From Bacteriovoracia bacterium (lineage in GTDB: Bacteria > Bdellovibrionota > UBA1018 > CAIPTA01): DNA of 64,000 nt. The stretch's first letter is position 1. Every line of letters starts with the position of its first letter. The stretch lies in contig JBFWVL010000005.1 of the NCBI GenBank assembly GCA_050246755.1, forward strand, positions 1 through 64,000, read 5' to 3'. The translations under genes and the position numbers were made by a program. This document shows, in pieces, positions 9,908-18,985 of this stretch. A model generated the notes under the pieces. The model made no database searches, was not told the DNA's origin, and worked only from the letters and a program-made list of their open reading frames with translations.

Positions 9908-10252
9908 TTAGAGAGCGGACTGTTGTTTCAGTATTGAAATTTTTTCGGTTCGCCAAGGGTCCCCGGTATGCCCATCAAAGCTTGAAAGATAGATTGAGGA
10001 CGGCGAACAAATGACTGCTAAAATTGAAAAACCCATCGCAATTCGGTTGGATATCGTTGTTCGTCTCGAATTTAACTCAGTAAGGAAAAGCGGAGCCACA
10101 TCTCCGATATACTGACTGATGGCAAGGCTCTTGACGAATAGCTCTTTAACTTCACCATGTGAGAGTGATTCTAGGCCGCCACCGGAAGTAGCTTTTTTTA
10201 TAAGTTCGTTCATGCGATCTAGGTTCTTCTGTTTTTGTTTTGTTTTTGGCAT
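9908..10252 (-). CDS. Small hypothetical membrane protein
   Basis: 114-aa AT-rich ORF; IAMGFSILAVIC hydrophobic segment. Confidence 0.5.
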   Translation of the reverse strand: MPKTKQKQKNLDRMNELIKKATSGGGLESLSHGEVKELFVKSLAISQYIGDVAPLFLTELNSRRTTISNRIAMGFSILAVICSPSSIYLSSFDGHTGDPWRTEKISILKQQSAL

Positions 10253-10591
10253 ATTTTTCTAAAAGTTTATTCGGATTTAATTGATCTCAACTTGATGATT
10301 TTGCTCGCGTAAGAAAGTTCTGATTCTTGCTCCGATAACGAACACTGGCCCAGGTGGGTCAATTTGGGAGGAATTCTATATGGGTATTTGTGGGTGCATT
10401 TGAGGGTAGGGAGCTCCTTAAACCCAAAAAAACCGCAACACCGTGAAGGTACATTTTCGCCGCCTCGTGGAAGACGGGCATCTTTTGGCCGAAGGCGTGG
10501 GGCGAGGCGTGCGCTGCAGGACGAAGGTATAGAGAGTGCAGATGCTTTTCGAGCTTGGCTTGCTGGCAATATCCAGCATTGCGGGCGCTTG

Positions 10592-11071
10592 CTAAGCGCA
10601 GGCAGAGCAAAGCGCCATCACCTCTAGATTATGCTGGATTTTTTTATAGCCGCGACGCTCTAGCGACTTGGAGAGAACCTTCTCGAAATCGCAACCATCG
10701 AAGGCTTCTACGTTCCCGCAAGATCTACAGTGAATGAAATGATGATGGTGTCCTTTTTCCTGCACTACCTCGTAGCGGCGAAGCCCGTCACCAAACTCGT
10801 GCCGGCGAAGCAAGCCCGCCGCCTCCAAGTCTCCGAGGGAGCGAAACACGGTGGTGAGGTCGCTGGTGCCCTTTTTTAAGCGATCGAAAACTTCTTCAGC
10901 GGACAGAGGGCGATCTGACTTCAGTAGAGCGGCGAGCATGTTCTTGCGCTGGGTCGTAACCCGAAGGCTTTTTTCGCGAATCTGACCGATCGCCCAATCG
11001 AGCCGTTTCATTGCCGGTTCATCGTGAGCGTGGTGCTTACAGGGCTTTACTTTCATTGGGCTGTTATACAT
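10592..11071 (-). CDS. Fur-family regulator, probably Zur
   Basis: RVTTQR, LSAEEV, TVFRSL, HHHHFIHCRSCG and C-terminal CSAC; zinc-starvation context. Confidence 0.9.
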   Translation of the reverse strand: MYNSPMKVKPCKHHAHDEPAMKRLDWAIGQIREKSLRVTTQRKNMLAALLKSDRPLSAEEVFDRLKKGTSDLTTVFRSLGDLEAAGLLRRHEFGDGLRRYEVVQEKGHHHHFIHCRSCGNVEAFDGCDFEKVLSKSLERRGYKKIQHNLEVMALCSACA

Positions 11072-11115
11072 GGCATCCCCACGACTTTCAAAGCTTCAGC
11101 TAAATGGAAAACGGC

Positions 11116-11796
11116 TTAAGCCAGCACGTCCATCCGAAGCAGGATGCGCTTTAATCCTGAGACTTCGATAGGGGGTGACCTATGGACCAATCCAGCACCC
11201 GCGTTTCCACGTTCACCCTTCATAACGCCTACCCAGCCCGGTAACATAGCCTGAACCTTAGCTCCCGGCCGCATCACCAAGTCGTTATCGCCCTGGCCTA
11301 GTCCGCTCCGGTTAACATCCTCGTTTCTAAGCCACTCCGTTCCTTTGCCAGAGTAGGTCGATACCAATCGCGCCTTTACCTGGTCCACGTGAAACAGACG
11401 GCAGTTGTCCGATTCCACCCGTTCCAGCCGCACTCCGATTCGCAGTGCTCCCGTGAGCTCAAAGAATTTACCGGCTAAGTTTTCGATGTCTTGGTAAAGA
11501 GCAAGGCTATCCGCCGCCTGAAGGTTTAGATCCTCATCTAACAAGGCTGGGATCAGCTCAAGATCCATTCCACGGTCCACGGCCACTTGAGCCGCGTTTT
11601 TGTCGTGAATCAATAATTCATCAATGGCATCGGCGCAGGTTGGAAGTCGCCGCTTCCATACCGCGAGGTTGGTTTCGACATCGCGGAAGTCCTCCATTTC
11701 AATCCAATCCGAGCAATAGAGGTGCGGCCGGATCCGCCGGAAATTTAGGTCTTGGGGCTGGAGCGTCTGATGCGGCAGGCTAAGTGGGTGGTGCAT
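11116..11796 (-). CDS. DUF1826 family protein
   Basis: CRLFHVD, RLVSTYSGKGTEWL, MKGE, GLVHRSP, RILLRMD. Confidence 0.85.
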   Translation of the reverse strand: MHHPLSLPHQTLQPQDLNFRRIRPHLYCSDWIEMEDFRDVETNLAVWKRRLPTCADAIDELLIHDKNAAQVAVDRGMDLELIPALLDEDLNLQAADSLALYQDIENLAGKFFELTGALRIGVRLERVESDNCRLFHVDQVKARLVSTYSGKGTEWLRNEDVNRSGLGQGDNDLVMRPGAKVQAMLPGWVGVMKGERGNAGAGLVHRSPPIEVSGLKRILLRMDVLA

Positions 11797-11822
11797 CAGG
11801 CTAGTGTAATGAGGCTATCCAA

Positions 11823-11845
11823 TTAATGCAATTGAATTGCATTAA
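11823..11845. promoter_or_regulatory. Perfect 11-1-11 palindrome, putative Fur/Zur operator
   Basis: TTAATGCAATT-G-AATTGCATTAA between the divergent DUF1826 and COG0523 genes. Confidence 0.8.
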
Positions 11846-11859
11846 CTAATTGCAAGTGA

Positions 11860-12960
11860 ATGGCATTTATGAAATGGTCGTCCGCCATGGCCCGCCTCGG
11901 CGAACAGATCCCGATTACCATACTGACCGGATTCCTCGGAGCCGGTAAAACCACGCTTCTGCAGCGCATTCTCAGCGAAAAACACGGCAAAAAGATCGCC
12001 GTTGTCGAAAACGAGTTCGCCAATCTTGATATCGATGCAAATCTCGTGAAAAGCAAAACAGACCTTCTTGTGGAATTGTTCAACGGCTGCGTCTGCTGCT
12101 CTATCCAAGGTGAACTTGTAGAGTCCCTCCTCGAGATCGCAAAAAGGGAGGATCGCGTAGACCATATTTTGATCGAGACTACCGGGGTGGCCAATCCCTC
12201 CAATCTAGTGAAGAGCTTTTTGACCGACCATTTGATGTGCGCCCTGTTTCGCCTCGATGCGGTGATTACGGTGGTAGACGCGAAGCACTTCCCCTTACAC
12301 GTAGAAGAAAGCCAGGATTTCCGGGATCAAATCGCTTTTGCTGACCTTCTAATTCTGAACAAGACCGACCTCGTGGGCGAGGCAGAGCTCGATCAAGTGG
12401 AGAGCGCCGCCAGGGGGATCAACCAGGCTGCCGAAGTGGTGCGCACAAATATGTGCTCCCTGCCGCTCGAGCGGGTATTCGACCGAAGCGAGTATCAGAA
12501 CTCTACTATCCGGCCGGAGCGCATTGCGGCAGGCCGAGGTACCGACCTACCATCCCTGGTTTCTTCCCTTAGTCTCGAAATTAGTGGGGAGCTCGATCAG
12601 GAAAAATTCATGAAGTGGATGGAGTCTTTCGTGGCGGTGAACCACGAAAAGATGTTCCGAACCAAAGGCATTCTATGGTTCGCGGGAATGACCAAGCATG
12701 TCGTGCTTCAAGGCGTGCATGCTATTTTTAGCGTGAGCCTTTCCGAGGCCGTGCTTCTGGAGAAAGGCAAAGGCCGCATAGTGTTCATTGGCCGCGACCT
12801 CCCGCGCGACCAAATCATGGCTGGGATCAAGCAGGCATTGCCGGCTTTCTCTACGGCTGGTCTGGATGCTTTTGTGCTTTCTCCCGTGGGTCAGCCCAAA
12901 TCGCCTTTGTTTCTATCTAAGACCGAATTTTCCGAAGACCTGAGGATTAGGATTGTATGA
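11860..12960 (+). CDS. COG0523 (CobW/YjiA-like) G3E GTPase metallochaperone
   Basis: [30 protein letters not shown] CobW_C. Confidence 0.92.
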   Translation: MAFMKWSSAMARLGEQIPITILTGFLGAGKTTLLQRILSEKHGKKIAVVENEFANLDIDANLVKSKTDLLVELFNGCVCCSIQGELVESLLEIAKREDRVDHILIETTGVANPSNLVKSFLTDHLMCALFRLDAVITVVDAKHFPLHVEESQDFRDQIAFADLLILNKTDLVGEAELDQVESAARGINQAAEVVRTNMCSLPLERVFDRSEYQNSTIRPERIAAGRGTDLPSLVSSLSLEISGELDQEKFMKWMESFVAVNHEKMFRTKGILWFAGMTKHVVLQGVHAIFSVSLSEAVLLEKGKGRIVFIGRDLPRDQIMAGIKQALPAFSTAGLDAFVLSPVGQPKSPLFLSKTEFSEDLRIRIV

Positions 12961-14174
12961 AGAAAGAACATTTCCAAAAACTGCCTGTTACCGTCCTTTC
13001 CGGATTTTTGGGTGCCGGAAAGACTACGCTTCTGAACCATATCCTTAATAACCGGGAAGGCCTCCGTGTGGCCGTGATCGTAAACGATATGTCGGAAGTG
13101 AATATCGACGCGAATCTCGTGGCTTCGGGGGGCGCGGGGCTAAGCCGAACAGAAGAGAAACTCGTGGAGATGAGCAATGGTTGTATTTGCTGCACCCTAC
13201 GTGAAGACCTGCTCGAGGAGGTTTCTTCCCTCGCCAAGCAAGGGCGTTTTGAATATCTTTTGATCGAATCCACCGGGATTTCAGAGCCTCTGCCGGTCGC
13301 GGAGACTTTTACCTTTGCCGATGAGAAAGGCAAAAGTCTTTCCGAAGTGGCAAAGCTCGACACGATGGTCACGGTCGTCGACGCCATGAACTTCCTCAAG
13401 GATTATACGAAATCCGAGGACTTAAAAGATCGGGGGCTCGAGCTTGGGGAAGAGGATGAGCGAACCATCTCCGACCTCTTGGTGGATCAGATCGAATTTG
13501 CCGACGTGATCCTGCTGAACAAGGCTGATCTTGTTTCCCCGGAAGAGCTAGGGCGCGTTCGATCTATCCTTATCAAGCTTAATCCCGAAGCGAGGCTTCT
13601 TGAAACTCAGCGTTCCAAGGTGAACCTGAAAGAGGTTCTCAACACCGGCCGTTTTAGTATGGAGCGTGCGCAGGAGAATCCCGGCTGGCTGAAAGTGCTG
13701 CGTGGGGAAGAAGTGCCGGAGACGGAAGAATATGGCATCAGCTCTTTCGTCTTTCGGGCCCGGCGTCCGTTCCACCCGGCGCGCTTTGAGAAGGCGATGG
13801 GCGCGCTAATTGATGGGGGCCTCATGCGTAGCAAGGGCTTCCTATGGCTCGCCAGCCGTCACCATGAAGTTTGCGTATGGGGGCAGGCCGGGCTCTCCAT
13901 TGGTCTAGAATACGGCGGCGATTGGTATGCCTCAGCACCAGCCGAACAGTGGCCTGCGGATGCCGAAGAGCGAAAAGAAATTTTGAAGAACTGGGAGAAG
14001 CCGTGGGGGGATCGCCGTCAGGAATTGGTACTCATCGGTATGAGGCTAGACCGAGAAAGTGCGACTAAGCTTTTGGAGAATTCCCTGCTTACGGACGAAG
14101 AAATGGCGCAAGGAGTAGTGGAATGGAAACGGTTTCCGGACTCGTTCCCCGCTTTTCAAATTGAAACTGCTTAG
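12957..14174 (+). CDS. zigA: COG0523 zinc metallochaperone GTPase (ZigA/YciC type)
   Basis: [68 protein letters not shown]. Confidence 0.92.
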   Translation: MKKEHFQKLPVTVLSGFLGAGKTTLLNHILNNREGLRVAVIVNDMSEVNIDANLVASGGAGLSRTEEKLVEMSNGCICCTLREDLLEEVSSLAKQGRFEYLLIESTGISEPLPVAETFTFADEKGKSLSEVAKLDTMVTVVDAMNFLKDYTKSEDLKDRGLELGEEDERTISDLLVDQIEFADVILLNKADLVSPEELGRVRSILIKLNPEARLLETQRSKVNLKEVLNTGRFSMERAQENPGWLKVLRGEEVPETEEYGISSFVFRARRPFHPARFEKAMGALIDGGLMRSKGFLWLASRHHEVCVWGQAGLSIGLEYGGDWYASAPAEQWPADAEERKEILKNWEKPWGDRRQELVLIGMRLDRESATKLLENSLLTDEEMAQGVVEWKRFPDSFPAFQIETA

Positions 14175-14188
14175 TATAGGAGAATTTT

Positions 14189-14353
14189 ATGAGACAAGGA
14201 ATCATCTTAGAGTGCACCGAGGCTGCGAAGGAAGGAAAGCCTGCCTCCCGTTACCACACCACGAAAAACAAGACGCGCACGCCCGATCGAATCGAAAAGA
14301 AGAAATATAATCCTCATCTGCGCCGCCATACCAATCACCGCGAGATAAGGTAG
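14189..14353 (+). CDS. rpmG: 50S ribosomal protein L33, zinc-independent (C-minus) paralog; missing from the ORF track
   Basis: AGGAG SD; [54 protein letters not shown]; lacks both CxxC motifs. Confidence 0.93.
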   Translation: MRQGIILECTEAAKEGKPASRYHTTKNKTRTPDRIEKKKYNPHLRRHTNHREIR

Positions 14354-14442
14354 ACTCTATTGTGATGGAAAAGTTCTGTTCCTGCGCCTCACGATTTCTT
14401 CAACAAGGAAATCGTCGCTGGTTTCCGGCGCGTTCACGCGTG

Positions 14443-14859
14443 CTATGAACGGGGGGCGCAGTGAGCCCTTCTGTTTTTGATGTGGGCGTAAATTAGGGTG
14501 AAGGTGGCGGCGATCGTTACCATTTCTGTTCCGCGTTCCGAGAGCCGGTCCTGTGGGTTCAAGGCCCCCAAATACAGAAGCGCGGTTCCCAAGGCTCCTG
14601 CGAAAAGCGGGAGGAGGGCTCTATGGCGAAAGTAGCCAGAAATGAAGGCCACCCCGCCGATTCCCAACAGCAGATACGCGAATATCAGATGGATAGCCTC
14701 GTCTTCTAGGAGGCCTGCTAACCTTACGTGAAGTCCTGCTGCCTGCAATAAGGGCAGTGCGATTGGAACGACAGAGCAGTGGATGAGGCATAATGTGGAG
14801 AGCAGGATTCCGGCCATATCTGGAGCCTGCGTGCGCACGGTTTGTGGCGATGGCGTCAT
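14443..14859 (-). CDS. MerC-domain membrane protein
   Basis: DMAGILLSTLCLIHC, four TM helices, HIKN tail; ATG at 14859. Confidence 0.8.
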   Translation of the reverse strand: MTPSPQTVRTQAPDMAGILLSTLCLIHCSVVPIALPLLQAAGLHVRLAGLLEDEAIHLIFAYLLLGIGGVAFISGYFRHRALLPLFAGALGTALLYLGALNPQDRLSERGTEMVTIAATFTLIYAHIKNRRAHCAPRS

Positions 14860-14877
14860 AGCAGAGCACAATAGTTT

Positions 14878-14900
14878 TTAATGCAATCTAATTGCAATAA
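14878..14900. promoter_or_regulatory. Second copy of the putative Fur/Zur operator
   Basis: TTAATGCAATC-T-AATTGCAATAA, 20/23 identical to 11823-11845; again between divergent genes. Confidence 0.75.
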
Positions 14901-15014
14901 AATTAATGCCGAGGATGTGAGGCCACACTTTCATTGACAGGTGAGTGCCGAATCGGCTGTAATTATTTCTCCAATAAGTTTAGGGCTTAAACTCTTTCGG
15001 ACGATAGGCATGGT

Positions 15015-15746
15015 ATGGCTGACTTACATAGCCCGCTTGCGGGGCACGATCTTTCCATTTTTCTGTGCTTTGTTCTTGGTGCTCTGCATGCGCTTGAGCC
15101 GGGGCACGGAAAAACCGCCATTGCTGCTCACTTAGTGGCGCAGAAGAGCCTTTTCCGACCAGCGCTGGCGGCTCTTTCAACGGCCTTCTCTCACTCCGTT
15201 TCCATTCTTCTTATCGCCACATTAGTTCATGGGATTTTGGATGTGACTTTGCAGGAATCCTCCAATGCCCAGCTCTATAAGTGGTTAAACCTCGGTAGTG
15301 GCACGCTGTTGGTCGCGGTAGGGGTGTGGCTAGTGATCTCCCAGCGGGTCGGGAAAGCGGCTGCCCATGGGCAGGGCTGCGGCTGTCCTTCACACGGAGC
15401 CGATCCTACCAAGGGAGTGTTGAATCTTCAGGGCATCAAGAAGCATGATTCTCTGAATACGATGCTGCTTGGGTTCGCCGTTGGACTACTTCCTTGCCCC
15501 ACTGCCTTGGTCGCATTGTCGCAGGCGATCCTTGCCCGGGATTGGATGATGATCGCATCCGTAACGCTTACTTTCGCGGCCGGAATTTTTGTCGGTCTTT
15601 TCGCGGTTGGAAGTTTTCTTGGTCTCAAGGTGGCTCCATACGTCCTTTCAGTGCCTGCCTTCAAAAAGTCGAGCCGGAACTTTGCTTACCTGCAAGCGCT
15701 TGTCGTTTCCGCCACTGGCATCTGGCACGTATTTCTTGGGCTTTAA
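15015..15746 (+). CDS. RcnA/NicO-like metal permease
   Basis: GALHALEPGHGKT, SHS, HGQGCGCPSHG loop, GLLPCP. Confidence 0.85.
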   Translation: MADLHSPLAGHDLSIFLCFVLGALHALEPGHGKTAIAAHLVAQKSLFRPALAALSTAFSHSVSILLIATLVHGILDVTLQESSNAQLYKWLNLGSGTLLVAVGVWLVISQRVGKAAAHGQGCGCPSHGADPTKGVLNLQGIKKHDSLNTMLLGFAVGLLPCPTALVALSQAILARDWMMIASVTLTFAAGIFVGLFAVGSFLGLKVAPYVLSVPAFKKSSRNFAYLQALVVSATGIWHVFLGL

Positions 15747-15823
15747 CTCTGGATGATAGGGGGTCCGGTTTAGGGGGGGTGGGTCTGCCGCACCAACCGG
15801 TAGCCAAGCGGGCGGGTGAGCAG

Positions 15824-15863
15824 AAAAAAAGCCGCCACGATCCTGCAATAGAATCGTGGCGGC
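15824..15863 (-). terminator. Rho-independent terminator of hsp20
   Basis: GCCGCCACGAT/ATCGTGGCGGC stem followed by T7 on the minus strand. Confidence 0.75.
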
Positions 15864-15901
15864 CCGTCCCCGGAAAAAGCCCGGGGATTTGGCAGGAGCG
15901 C

Positions 15902-16435
15902 TTAGGCTACTTTTTCTCCTGTTTTATGGTCGATCGTCTTGCGATCCTCCTCTTTCTTGCCAAGAAGGCGGCTAAAGATTCCTCCCGAGGAGGTATCGCC
16001 GATCTTGATCTGCCGAGGTTTTGCGGCTTCAGATTTCGGCACATATACTTTTAGCACGCCATCCTGGTACTGAGCTTCGATCTTTTCTGCATCCACGTGG
16101 GTCGGTAATGCAAACGAGCGTTGGAAGCGACCAAAGCGGCGCTCGGAATATACGCTGCCTTTTTCTTTACGCTTCTCTTCCGTTTTGCGCTCACCCGAAA
16201 TCACAACTTGGTTGTCGAGAACCTCGATTTTGAGCTCATCCCTCTTCATTCCGGGAATTTCGAGGGACAGCATATAGTGGTCGTCCTCCTCGTCGATGTC
16301 GGTCATGGGAGACCAAGAGGCGGTCATTTCGCTTCCGGGAGATGCCGTGGGCATTGACCAGAAATCATCAAAGAGACGATCCATTTCACGGCGGAAATCA
16401 GCCATGCCATTGTTTCTCGTGGTTAGATAAAACAT
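15902..16435 (-). CDS. Hsp20/alpha-crystallin small heat-shock protein
   Basis: EIPGM, ERRFGRFQRSFALP, AQYQDGVLKVYVPK. Confidence 0.95.
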   Translation of the reverse strand: MFYLTTRNNGMADFRREMDRLFDDFWSMPTASPGSEMTASWSPMTDIDEEDDHYMLSLEIPGMKRDELKIEVLDNQVVISGERKTEEKRKEKGSVYSERRFGRFQRSFALPTHVDAEKIEAQYQDGVLKVYVPKSEAAKPRQIKIGDTSSGGIFSRLLGKKEEDRKTIDHKTGEKVA

Positions 16436-16507
16436 ATTTTTCCTCCTTCTAAGAAATTTTGATTGAAAAGGTTTCCGTAATAAAAACTAATTTTATCTTT
16501 ATTTCTG

Positions 16508-16750
16508 TCAAGCCCCCTTCCTCTCAGAATTTTTTTGGTTTCTTTGAGCCTGCCGTTCCTGCCTATTTCTTGAGCAAACGGGGCAATATCGAGAAAAACC
16601 GCTACTAGTGGACACGAACCTATTTCCGCAAGCCCGGCAGATCCGGGATTCCCGCTTTTGGGAGTACGCGCGGCGCGGAAAATCGTGGTCGCGGCTGAGG
16701 CTATAAAGCCGTTCCTTAGAACTTTGATTGGGAAAGAAGATCTTTTGCAT
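16508..16750 (-). CDS. Small Zn-ribbon protein
   Basis: AAGGAG SD; RICRACGNRF...RYCPVC; co-oriented directly upstream of hsp20. Confidence 0.6.
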   Translation of the reverse strand: MQKIFFPNQSSKERLYSLSRDHDFPRRAYSQKRESRICRACGNRFVSTSSGFSRYCPVCSRNRQERQAQRNQKNSERKGA

Positions 16751-16771
16751 ACGTAATCTCCTTATAAAAAA

Positions 16772-16799
16772 ATATGGGCGTTGTTTTTCTTAAGTCAAG
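16772..16799 (-). promoter_or_regulatory. RpoH (sigma32)-like promoter
   Basis: CTTGAC-N15-CCCATAT upstream of the Zn-ribbon/hsp20 pair; a similar CTTGAC..CCTAT lies on + at 16844-16871. Confidence 0.6.
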
Positions 16800-16979
16800 G
16801 GCCCGGGATCTGGTATGTAAACATATTTTACATTGTAGGCCCCCTTGACGGATCGTTTTGACGTTCCTATTTTTAGTGCCGAAAGCGGTCTTTACGAAAT
16901 GGCTCTACGCATAAGGCCCCTTCTCTTAGAGTAGGTTCGGCACCTAGATGAATTTCCTAACTTTTTAAGGAGGTTATTT

Positions 16980-17600
16980 ATGAATAAAATTAGCTCGAGA
17001 ATTGTTTTCGGAACTTTAAGCGCCGTGGCAGGCGGGCTGGTAGTTTTTGCCGCGGTGAAGGCAAAGCCCGGAATCATAGGTCAAGAGCTGCATTCCGCTC
17101 CAAGCACGACCGAAAGCCGAGCATTCGAGGATATTTTGAAAGACCAAGAAAAAATATTTGAGAGATTCGATTCCATTTTTGACGACGACTTCGTTCGCCA
17201 GGAAGACCCGTTTGCCGAAATGAAGCGCATGCGGGAGCGTATGCACCGCCAGCTGGGCGAGTGGAATAAGGATCCCGCCGGCAGTCCCTTTGATAGTTGG
17301 TACGGAAATCGCTTCGGTGGAAACATTAGCGACATTTCTCAGCGGGAGGATCAAGACAATATCTATTACGATATTTCCGTTGATGGACTCGGTGATTCCA
17401 AGGTGAATACGCAGGTCAAAAATGGCTACGTCATCATTACGGGAGAAATAAAGAAGGAAAAAAACGGCGATAAGGCAAAATCGCTAATGCAGTCTTCCTT
17501 CCAGCGTACGTTTCCCGTGCCGAAGAACGTGGATGCGGATCACCTGGAAATGATCATGGAGACCGGAAAGATTACCTTTCGGTTTCCGAAGAAGAAATAA
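16980..17600 (+). CDS. Hsp20-family protein with N-terminal signal/anchor helix
   Basis: AAGGAGG SD; hydrophobic IVFGTLSAVAGGLVVFAAV; alpha-crystallin C-domain SFQRTFPVP...GKITFRFPK. Confidence 0.8.
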   Translation: MNKISSRIVFGTLSAVAGGLVVFAAVKAKPGIIGQELHSAPSTTESRAFEDILKDQEKIFERFDSIFDDDFVRQEDPFAEMKRMRERMHRQLGEWNKDPAGSPFDSWYGNRFGGNISDISQREDQDNIYYDISVDGLGDSKVNTQVKNGYVIITGEIKKEKNGDKAKSLMQSSFQRTFPVPKNVDADHLEMIMETGKITFRFPKKK

Positions 17601-17668
17601 GCTAGGAGCGGGAGCTTCGTATCGCTCCCGCCCCTCTTTGTCCAAAGGCCCCTGGGCCTAAGATTTCT

Positions 17669-17989
17669 CTAACCCGTGGGTGATAAAAACGGGATCGAGG
17701 GCTCTCCCGCGGGCATGGACTGAGCCCCGTGCTTTGCCAGTTTCCTGGAAAGCGTGAGCTCTGCCTTGTCGAGAGCGATGCCGGCATTCCGGTGATTTGT
17801 GGTCACGGCAATGGGATAGATTCTTGAGCCAATTTCGATCGAGCACTGGAAGAGCTTTCCATCCCATGCGAGAACCGCGGAAATTGCGGCGTCGCTAGGC
17901 GCTTCTTCAAGAAGCTTCGAGAGCAAGCGGTTGGCTTTCACCCGAATGTGGGGGCCGGGGTTGAATCCTTTGAAGTGAAATTGTTCCAT
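17669..17989 (-). CDS. Hypothetical protein, possible HPF/RaiA-like fold
   Basis: AGGAG SD; beta-alpha-beta-beta-beta-alpha pattern ending ALDKAELTLSRKLAKH, resembling the HPF C-terminal helix. Confidence 0.5.
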   Translation of the reverse strand: MEQFHFKGFNPGPHIRVKANRLLSKLLEEAPSDAAISAVLAWDGKLFQCSIEIGSRIYPIAVTTNHRNAGIALDKAELTLSRKLAKHGAQSMPAGEPSIPFLSPTG

Positions 17990-18077
17990 TCCTTTCTCCT
18001 TTCCTAAAATTCATGCAAATGAAGTTATACTTTTTGACAGACCTGAATGCGGGTTGTCCGCGCCTTCGAAATTCCTC

Positions 18078-18275
18078 CTAAGCGGGCACTTTGGATCGAA
18101 TAGTTTCGTCTGCTTCAGGCAGCCAGCCGACGAACCGCAGAAGCTCATTTTCTTCTTTGCAATGCTGGCAGAACCGCTCAAATGGAGTGCGCGGCCGAAA
18201 CCTTGCCTCGCAAAGATTACACTTCCGGGGGTTATTCCCCCGTCTACGGCTCGCTTGCGAAAGCGGCGTAATCAT
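18078..18275 (-). CDS. Small Zn-ribbon protein
   Basis: Start MITPL at 18275 overlaps the upstream stop (ATGA); RKCNLCEARF...RFCQHC. Confidence 0.6.
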   Translation of the reverse strand: MITPLSQASRRRGNNPRKCNLCEARFRPRTPFERFCQHCKEENELLRFVGWLPEADETIRSKVPA

Positions 18276-18598
18276 AGTGCCTCCCATCCGGCCGAAGCCC
18301 GCTGGGCGTTGGCCATGGGAACCGTTTCCCAAGGGAAGCGGGTTTTTCGCTGGCGCAACGGAAGCAAGCTATCTTCCTTAAGGGTGCAAGCATTGCCTGC
18401 GTTCAGCTGGTTTGGCTTGTTATGGTTACAGACAGGGTCTGGCTTTTGGAGATCGAAGCTCCAGCTAGGCCTGGATTTTTGCTCTTGGAGTGGGCTCTCC
18501 CGCGATCCGTGGCCCGTAAGCTCCCAGCTCATGAGTAGCGAGATGAAAAGCAGGACCGGATACGCTTCCTTGAGTAAGCGAGCACTAGTTCTCATCAT
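18272..18598 (-). CDS. Small hypothetical protein with N-terminal hydrophobic helix
   Basis: GGAGGT SD before MMRTS at 18598; ATGA coupling to the downstream gene. Confidence 0.45.
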   Translation of the reverse strand: MMRTSARLLKEAYPVLLFISLLMSWELTGHGSRESPLQEQKSRPSWSFDLQKPDPVCNHNKPNQLNAGNACTLKEDSLLPLRQRKTRFPWETVPMANAQRASAGWEAL

Positions 18599-18985
18599 AG
18601 ATACACCTCCATTTTTCCCCATGCGGCTTTCCTCCAAAGGAGCCTTGGGGGTTATTGTTTATGTTTGAGCTGAGGGATTTTCCCCCTTCTATTTTTTGAT
18701 GGTTTCGGAGGGCGGGGTTGTCAAGGGAGGGAATCCAGAAAATTTTCGGATTATTTCTTGGGCGCACCGATCGGGTTTTATGCGGGACGGAGAAAATTTC
18801 CGATATCCAAGCACTTTGTGGTTTGTTGAGCGGATTTATTTATTTTTCGTCGTTCGTTTGCCCACGCGGCTATGCCTGCGGCATCGGTGGCCCGATTGCC
18901 TATTTTTTGTCAAAGGATTTCCAAAAACACATCAATTTCAGAGAAGGAAAAATTCGGCTGGCCGAGGCGTGCAAGAGACTCTCTC

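Noticed and set aside
10267-10627. Overlapping 83-100 aa ORFs between the AT-rich cassette and the Fur gene
   Set aside because: No SD, no recognisable motifs, and mutually overlapping; likely a non-coding junction.
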